Made by a program: the position numbers and the translations under genes. Below are positions 56,960-64,000 of a DNA stretch of 64,000 nucleotides, in pieces (the stretch's first letter is position 1; each line of letters opens with the position of its first letter). The stretch covers positions 22,940,001-23,004,000 of the forward strand of contig OZ024750.1 in the NCBI GenBank assembly GCA_964016885.1, written 5' to 3'. This stretch comes from Eledone cirrhosa. Taxonomy: Eukaryota. The notes beneath the pieces were generated by a model. It saw only the letters and a program-made list of their open reading frames with translations, ran no database searches and had not been told where the DNA came from.

Positions 56960-58590
56960 ATATATATATTCTCTATATAGTTCATTATATATATATAATG
57001 AACTATATAGAGAATAGAAATGGCTGTGTAGTTGCTATTTAAGGTAACTTAAAATGCAGTGGGAATACGAAGAAAGCAAGAACGGGGGTGGGGGTGGGGT
57101 GTCCTCATCAGTTGTCTACTGGGGGTCTCGGATATTTCTACGCTTTAAAGACAATATACCTCGCCCCAGGGCGTCAATACCTGGAAGAAGGAGGGAAGGA
57201 AAGCAAAGGGGAAGAAAAGAGAAAACTAACAAAACAGCATATATATATTATTCCACAAACGCACATTTATGTGGACCATAATTATAGTTTTCAATAGTTT
57301 TTATATTCTAAAGTTTTATATTCAGCTCCCACCCTGGGGGTCTGCAATGAGCTAAGTTCAAAAGTTTACGTATTACTTTGTTTAAAACATAATATAAACA
57401 CACTGTTGGCTATCCATTCTTTAAGTATAAACATCTTTCTCTTTTGATTGTTATTCTCACTGTATAGCAATGTTAGAGGGGGATAATTGTAACACGAGAG
57501 GACCGTGGGAAAATTAATTTGAATAGAAGGGGTCTGTTGTAGTGAAAAGGGTTAAGGCGTGCTGATATATTGACTGTAGCTGAGAACTGTCAACCAAGGC
57601 GTAAAAAGCCTGGTTGCTTGTCTATAACGAGATTACGCAGACGACCTATCTATCTTAACTGATGTATAAATATATCTAGTTATATATATGTCTATAACGA
57701 TAATGTTTGGACATTTTAAACAGACGACCGATAACTTACGCAGACGACCGATCTATCTTACTTGATGTATAAATATATCTAGTTATATGTATGTCTATAA
57801 CGATAATTTTTTTGACATTTTAAACAGACGATCGATATCTCACCTGTATATAAGTTGAATAAAGACATGTAGCTTAGTGGTTAGGGTGTTCAGTTCGCGA
57901 TCATATGATCGTGAGTTTGAGGCCGGCGTTGTCCCTTAGTCCACGCAGCCGGAAAAAAATGAGTTGTACCTGTAATTCAAGACCTAGCCTTGTCACATGC
58001 TCTGTCCCTGAATAATTCTACGTTAAGGGTCCACGTGTCTGTGGAATGCCCGGCTACCTGGACACATTATTTCACGAGCTGGCTGTTCCGTTGATAGTAC
58101 AACTGGAACACTCGTCGTGATAACTGTCGGAGATCCGCAAAATCAACAGCACAAACCTGGTTATATGTCTACCAATAACATGTTTCTTACCTCCTGTATA
58201 AGTCTGGTTATATATGCATATATAATAAAAGAATGTATAGAATCAAACTTAAGGCAGACGACCGATATCTGTCTGTATATATACCTATATAGTATATACA
58301 TATAATTCGATGACTTTGTAAATATTAACATGTAAATTGGAAATCAGCTTATTTCTTTGTTACAAATTAAATAGAGCGTTCCAGTATTTCACGAACATGA
58401 GGTTAGGTTCCATAGTTCGAATAACTGGAACACTCGTCGTCAGAACCAACGGTGGGGACACAGCAACAACACCAGCAGCGGCGGCATATACCTGGTTATA
58501 TGCTTGTCTATTTCTTACCTGTTGTACAAACCTGGCTTGTTATATGAGTGTCTATAACGAGAATGTTCGGACATTTTCAGCAGACGACCG

Positions 58591-58623
<33 letters not shown>

Positions 58624-58843
58624 CACCAGACTTGTCAACTCTCCCCGTCCGACGAAGAGATCTACTACTCTTTTTGAAGTGGGTGAGAAATGTCTTCTCT
58701 TGTGAAAATGGGTATAGCTTTCATTATGTAAAATCTCCCCATTTTGCCTAATTTCTCCCCGTTTGGGGGCACGTTTATATGTATGTATAGATATAGGTGT
58801 ATCAGACCTGCCAACCTCTAAAAACCCAAACCATGAAAAAACG

Positions 58844-58901
<58 letters not shown>

Positions 58902-58907
58902 TATATA

Positions 58908-59276
58908 CAGTGTACCCTGGCCCTGACGTTCGCGATCTCGGTTATTCGCGGAATTTTCCTTAGACACCTAACTAATAATTGTTCGTGGAAACCATCGCAT
59001 ATTCGCGGAATCGTAAATATCTTCCACGATTTTTTAATGACTTTTTTCATGGCAATATATATTTTTTTAACGCTAAATTATTAATAACAATATACCGTAT
59101 TTGCCGACCTACTGGTCGCCCCTTCGCATAAGCGGCTGCCTCTTTTTTTTAAATTATATTTTACATTATATTTTAAAGTTTATAGGCATTTTTATGGACC
59201 TCGTCCAATATTCGCAGTTTTTCGCTCTTCGTGGGTACTCTAGGAAGGTAAGCTCCGCGTATACCGTGGAACACTG
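58908..59276. mobile_element. Tigger-like MITE
   Basis: TA-CAGTGTACCC ... GGAACACTG-TA ends with internal TTCGCG repeats. Confidence 0.6.
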
Positions 59277-59949
59277 TATATATATATATATATATACCTG
59301 TATATATATATATATATTTATATATATACATGTATATATAATAAGTTGATGACTTTGCAAGTATTACAGGTAAATTAGAAAACCAGTTTAGTTCAGGTAA
59401 TCTAGCTACAAATTATATAGAGCTTTACAGTATTTACAGACGGTTTCGGGGGAGCGATTATAGTTAGGAATTTAAGAGTACAAGGGCAGAATTAGTGGCT
59501 ATAGATAGATGTAGGTCATGTTGTGTTTATATATTGCCTGTAAAATAAATATAAATATAAATTGAAAAAATATCAATGAAAAAAGTCGTTCTCCTCGTTT
59601 TAAATATCTGTGTAAGCTGTCATTGGGTGAATGTATTTTCAAATATAGCTCGCTTGCTAAATAACTTGTTGATTCAAAGCTAGTGATGGTGGCAGTGGTA
59701 GTAGTAAGTGTGATGGTGGTAACTGTGGTGATGGTGGTGACGGTGATAATGATACTAGCAGTGGTTGTTGTAACGGTGGTGGGCTGTCGTAGTGACATGG
59801 ATTGTCTGGTGATGTTGTGAAATATGTTGCTTTTGTTTAAACATGTACAGACCACAACATATGTTTAAATGTCCAGGCGTAAGCTTAAATATATGCACAA
59901 GTACACACATTCGGCAAGAGTTCAGCCATCGGGGCCCTGACTATTTATA

Positions 59950-60035
<86 letters not shown>

Positions 60036-60362
60036 CCTCAAACCCACTAGATATAAAACAAAGCAAAAGCAACTAGAAATAATTCTCATTCAGACGAAAG
60101 ACCAGCCTCTGAAATGTCATATTCTTCCTTTTCCCACAGCCTTTAGATGTATGGAAACTCGAGAAGTTTACTGTATAATTTTTACCGATGCATACCACCT
60201 ATACATATTCTCTCTCTCTGTTTCTTTCTCTCTCTCACACACACATCGATGTGTAAACACAAACCACCAGTTAGCAAGAAGAGAAATTCTCCTCGTTGAA
60301 CATGATTGCAACATTAACACCGAGGCTGAAATAGTGGCGGCTATTAAAAGCCCCCTGTTGGT

Positions 60363-60485
60363 GACTTTCAATATGCAGACGATATCAACCTGTGGAAGAA
60401 TGAATTTGAAAGCAGTTAAGAACAACTTGACACACAGACTTTTACAGCTGAAGATGTATGTCTTTTAATTAACGTAGACAAAACA
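60363..60485 (+). pseudogene. Degenerate non-LTR reverse transcriptase fragment
   Basis: DFQYADDINLWKNEFESS*EQLDTQTFTAEDVCLLINVDKT contains the YADD motif and a GLxINxxKT-like motif, with a stop codon. Confidence 0.75.
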
Positions 60486-60622
60486 ATCCGGTATGCAGCC
60501 ACACAGCCTTGAATTGGAGAATGGCATAGTCAGTTGAACTGAGGTTAAACAGTATCAGACTGTGATAGGATGAGGCTGTGTGGTCTTTCATCACCACTAT
60601 ACTACCATGACATGTGAGAGAA

Positions 60623-60845
60623 ATGCTTCTCAGAAACTTGGATCAGCCAAAATTGTGCAATGGGACAGCCTCACATTTTCGAAGCCAAACTTCTCACTGG
60701 ATGCGGTAAGGGAGACATCGCATTTATACCAAGAATATCGCTAATACCAACAAATGTCCCCTTTCGTTTCAAATGATTGCAATTCCCAGTGAGAGTTAGT
60801 TACACAATGACCATTAACAAGTCCCAAGGTCAAACCCTGCAGGTT
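60623..60845 (+). pseudogene. Helitron Pif1-like helicase C-terminal fragment
   Basis: MLLRNLDQPKLCNGT / EAKLLTGCGKGDIAFIPRISLIPTNVPFRFK*LQFPVRVSYTMTINKSQGQTL. Confidence 0.9.
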
Positions 60846-61827
60846 TTAACCTCGGAGATTTCTTCTGTGCGAATAAACAGAGGCAGGAAGGGAGGGGAAC
60901 ACTCGGAGTTACAAATAAGCACTTTCCAGCTGTTTAAATTTATAGAAAAGCAATCCCTTCACTTTATATTTATCGCTAATAGAGGTATCCATCGCTGCCT
61001 GGATATTTCATGAAAGTAACAATATATTTTAGTACACATTACAAAATGTTTGAAGAATGAAATCAAATCTGTGTATTATCTCCTGAAATTGGATGCACTG
61101 TGAATTACCGCAGAAGCTTTCTGACTGAAGGTTTTGCAACAAATTCTTTTTGTGAATAAATGTTTTATATGGTTTGTTTTAGCCATATACGCTTATACCA
61201 GTAGATGTATATTGAATAAATAGATGACGAATAAGAACGTCGGATAGAATGCTTTACGGCAGAGGCGTGCAACAGGCGGTCTGCGGACTTCAATCTGACC
61301 CGCCAGACCAGTCAGAGTGGCCCACGATGACCGTTTTTAATTTTTACCTTGTAGGCTTATTTAGAATTTTTTTCGTAACGGTATTACAATTTTCTGTTAG
61401 TTGACCTATACTAAAAGGCTTCACTGAGAGGGTTATGTGTATTATAATTTCCCAGTTCCATGTTATAGTAAAAAATTGGGGTGAATCTTTGGAATAGTGC
61501 TTAATAAATATTAATGGCTCTAATAGTTGTTCCAATGTTCAAACATGGAGAAGAGATGATACATAGAATATTGAATGAAAACTGATGAAAAACACATCTC
61601 GTTCTAATTTGTCATTGCACTGATTCAGTTAGTTTGGCATTCTGTAAATAAAAGTTACAACAATCTACATAACCTACATACTGCCATCTCGCACCATAGA
61701 AAGTCACAGATCCAATTATATATATATATATATATATAGGTATGCCTTCCTCAGACAAAATACAATACATAAGTTGTTTTATAAATAATTTTTGACATAC
61801 ATTTTATAAAACAACTTATGTATTGTA

Positions 61828-61889
61828 TTTTGTCTGAGGAAGGCATACCATATTTTTAATATGATATCCCAGAAATATATATAACGAAA
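61828..61889 (+). ncRNA. Hammerhead motif in inverted repeat 61739-61786 / 61803-61849
   Basis: TTTTGT-CTGAGGA-AGGcATAcCATATT(TTT)AATATGaTATcCCA-GAAA-TATATA-TA-ACGAAA; 3' end shared with 52235-52365. Confidence 0.7.
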
Positions 61890-62389
61890 TAAATATGGTT
61901 TATAAATATAGTTTCCATTTGTTTAATATCGTAAACCTACTCCAGAAACTGTTGAGTGCTTTTATATCAGTTATAAAATATTTACTCGTTGTAACCCAAC
62001 AATTTTAAATAAAACTTTTGCATATATATATATATATATATATTGATTTTAAACAATTTGGAAAAGCAGGTAGAATCGATTTAGCACTTATCAAGCAGAA
62101 ATCATTCGCTATTTAGTAGACACAATAAAGACGTTTTGAAAAACATATTTAAAGGACTAATTAGAATAACATGTTGGGATGGTAGTGGTGGCGGTGCTAG
62201 AATTAGTAGCGTAGAAAGATCGGGAGATCTGGTAGACATTTTAGTCTACAATTATCTATATTGTCAATGTATTACTCAACATATATTTATTAATTGGACG
62301 TTTAAATTGAATTCCACTCCAATAATTATTCAAACAATTAATTAATTAGTTGATTCAACTAATTGATGGATTAATTACCTAAATATAAA

Positions 62390-62580
62390 TGGTTTCAAAT
62401 TTAGACACAAAGCCAGCAATTTTGGGGAAAGAGAAAGTCGGTTAAATTGATACTAGCATCTGACTGGTTTATCGACCCTAGAAGGATAAAAGGCAAAGTT
62501 GACATCGGTGGGATTTGAACTCAGATCGTAAAGGACCGGAACAAGTACCAGCATTTTCCCTCTGCTCTAATTGCTCTACC
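62390..62580 (-). mobile_element. Older family A-related SINE
   Basis: Diverged reverse-complement match; similar + strand copy at 63485-63680. Confidence 0.7.
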
Positions 62581-64000
62581 AAACCATCACTTTAACCAAC
62601 TGATTTATAATAAAACTGAAGTGAAAAGAAACCAGTGCGTGTGTTTTAATTGGCAACGTGACCCTCCCAAAATATTATCAAAACAAATTAAGTGAGAATG
62701 AGAAGGGCGTGAAAGAGGAAGAGTACAGGGACAGGAGAAAGGGGGGAGGGCTAGAGAGACAGGGTGAGGTGAGAGAGAAAGAGACAGAAGAAGATAAGAG
62801 GACGAAAAACAAGACATGTGTTAAGAATAAAAGTCATTACCATAGTAACAAAATATCTTCTTTCCTTCTCTTCTGTCTAATTACATAAAGCTGACTAGAC
62901 GGAAGTAATAAAGAATTTGATATCAGCTGCATAGATGAACCAAATTAGTCCATCTATTTAGTCCCAGGGAAAAATATTATGTCAGCCATTTCTGATATCG
63001 TATTACTCCGTTCTACGATACCTCAAAGATGACGGAAATAGCTGTAAACAACAAACACCCTTCTTTCATCACCTTCAGACTCCTTCCTTCCTCACTGATT
63101 ACCAGAACCATTCACATAGAGCAAGATATACTGCAGATATAGAGAAATCTAACGATAAGACACACCAAAATATTGCTGTTGCCCTTAACGGCAAAATCTC
63201 AGATCGATTGTATCGTGTCTGGTGTAAGAATCGCGTACTAATCAGTTTGAGGGAAATTCGGCTGTTATTTCTAGCAAGTTGAAGGCCACATATATTCCCC
63301 TACCTCCCTCAATTCATAGATATGTAAGGTGTAGAGAAAAGTATAGTGGAATCAATCTGCTGTAGAAAGTATCATTAAAAGCCAAGAGTTTTGACACAGA
63401 ATTTTATTTTTGGAATAGTTTGTTCAGATCAGATCAATGCCTCTTTAAGGAGGGGCCCTGTGCATCATTTATGTTAGCAAAAAGGGATTGGTAGAATTAA
63501 TAGAGCTTCGGATAAAATATAATTGCGGTATTTGTTCCGAGAGTTTAAATTCTGAGTTCATATCTCGCCGAGGGCAACTTTGCATTTCATCTTTCCGGGG
63601 TTTATAAAGTAAAGTATCAGTGGAGTTGATTTAATAAACTTTGCTTTTTCTTCAAATTTGGTGGACTTCTGCCTAAATTATGATAGCAAAAATATTAATT
63701 TAGGGTCCTTTAAGTATTGTGGCGCCACTGGTTGTGACCCAGTCATCCCTACCGCCATTTAATCCGCCTCAGATTTCTAAGATTAGTCAGCTGATGTCAA
63801 TCAGACAAGTGTTCCAGTCGTTTGATCAACGGAACAGCAGCCTGCTCGTGAAATTACCGTGCAAGTGGCTGAGTATTCCACAGACAGATGTACTCGTAAC
63901 GAGAGTCTCAACGTGACACAGTGCGAAACCAGACTGGCTCTTTGAGTTGCTGGTACAACTTAATCTTTTTTGGCCAGCTAAGTGGACTTGGGCAACGTAA

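Noticed and set aside
57095-57120. CTGATGA on the minus strand as an HHR core
   Set aside because: No downstream stem II-GAAA-UH arrangement

Overview
AT-rich, repeat-saturated eukaryotic non-coding DNA (intronic or intergenic). The SINE families and very high microsatellite load suggest an octopod cephalopod; this is an inference. I found no credible host protein-coding gene: nearly all ORFs in the track are translations of (TA)n, (CA)n, (GGT)n or (TC)n repeats. Identifiable content: two tRNA-derived SINE families (many with target-site duplications, TSDs), RTE-clade and L1/Tx1-clade LINE 3' fragments, a degenerate RT (YADD) fragment, a Helitron Pif1-helicase fragment, several MITEs, 97-, 103- and 145-bp tandem arrays and a 200-N gap. 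The main unannotated signal is about 20 type I hammerhead ribozyme (HHR) motifs from at least 8 sequence families. They sit in short elements embedded in (TA)n tracts, usually as asymmetric inverted repeats whose fold-back point lies in or just upstream of the ribozyme. This fits Penelope-like retroelement (PLE) pseudo-LTR remnants that target TA microsatellites and integrate through a self-priming fold-back step. Some HHRs have variant catalytic cores. A probable HDV-like ribozyme remnant and a SINE insertion with fold-back plus TSD are also present. All structures were paired by eye, and none of the catalytic activity has been tested.
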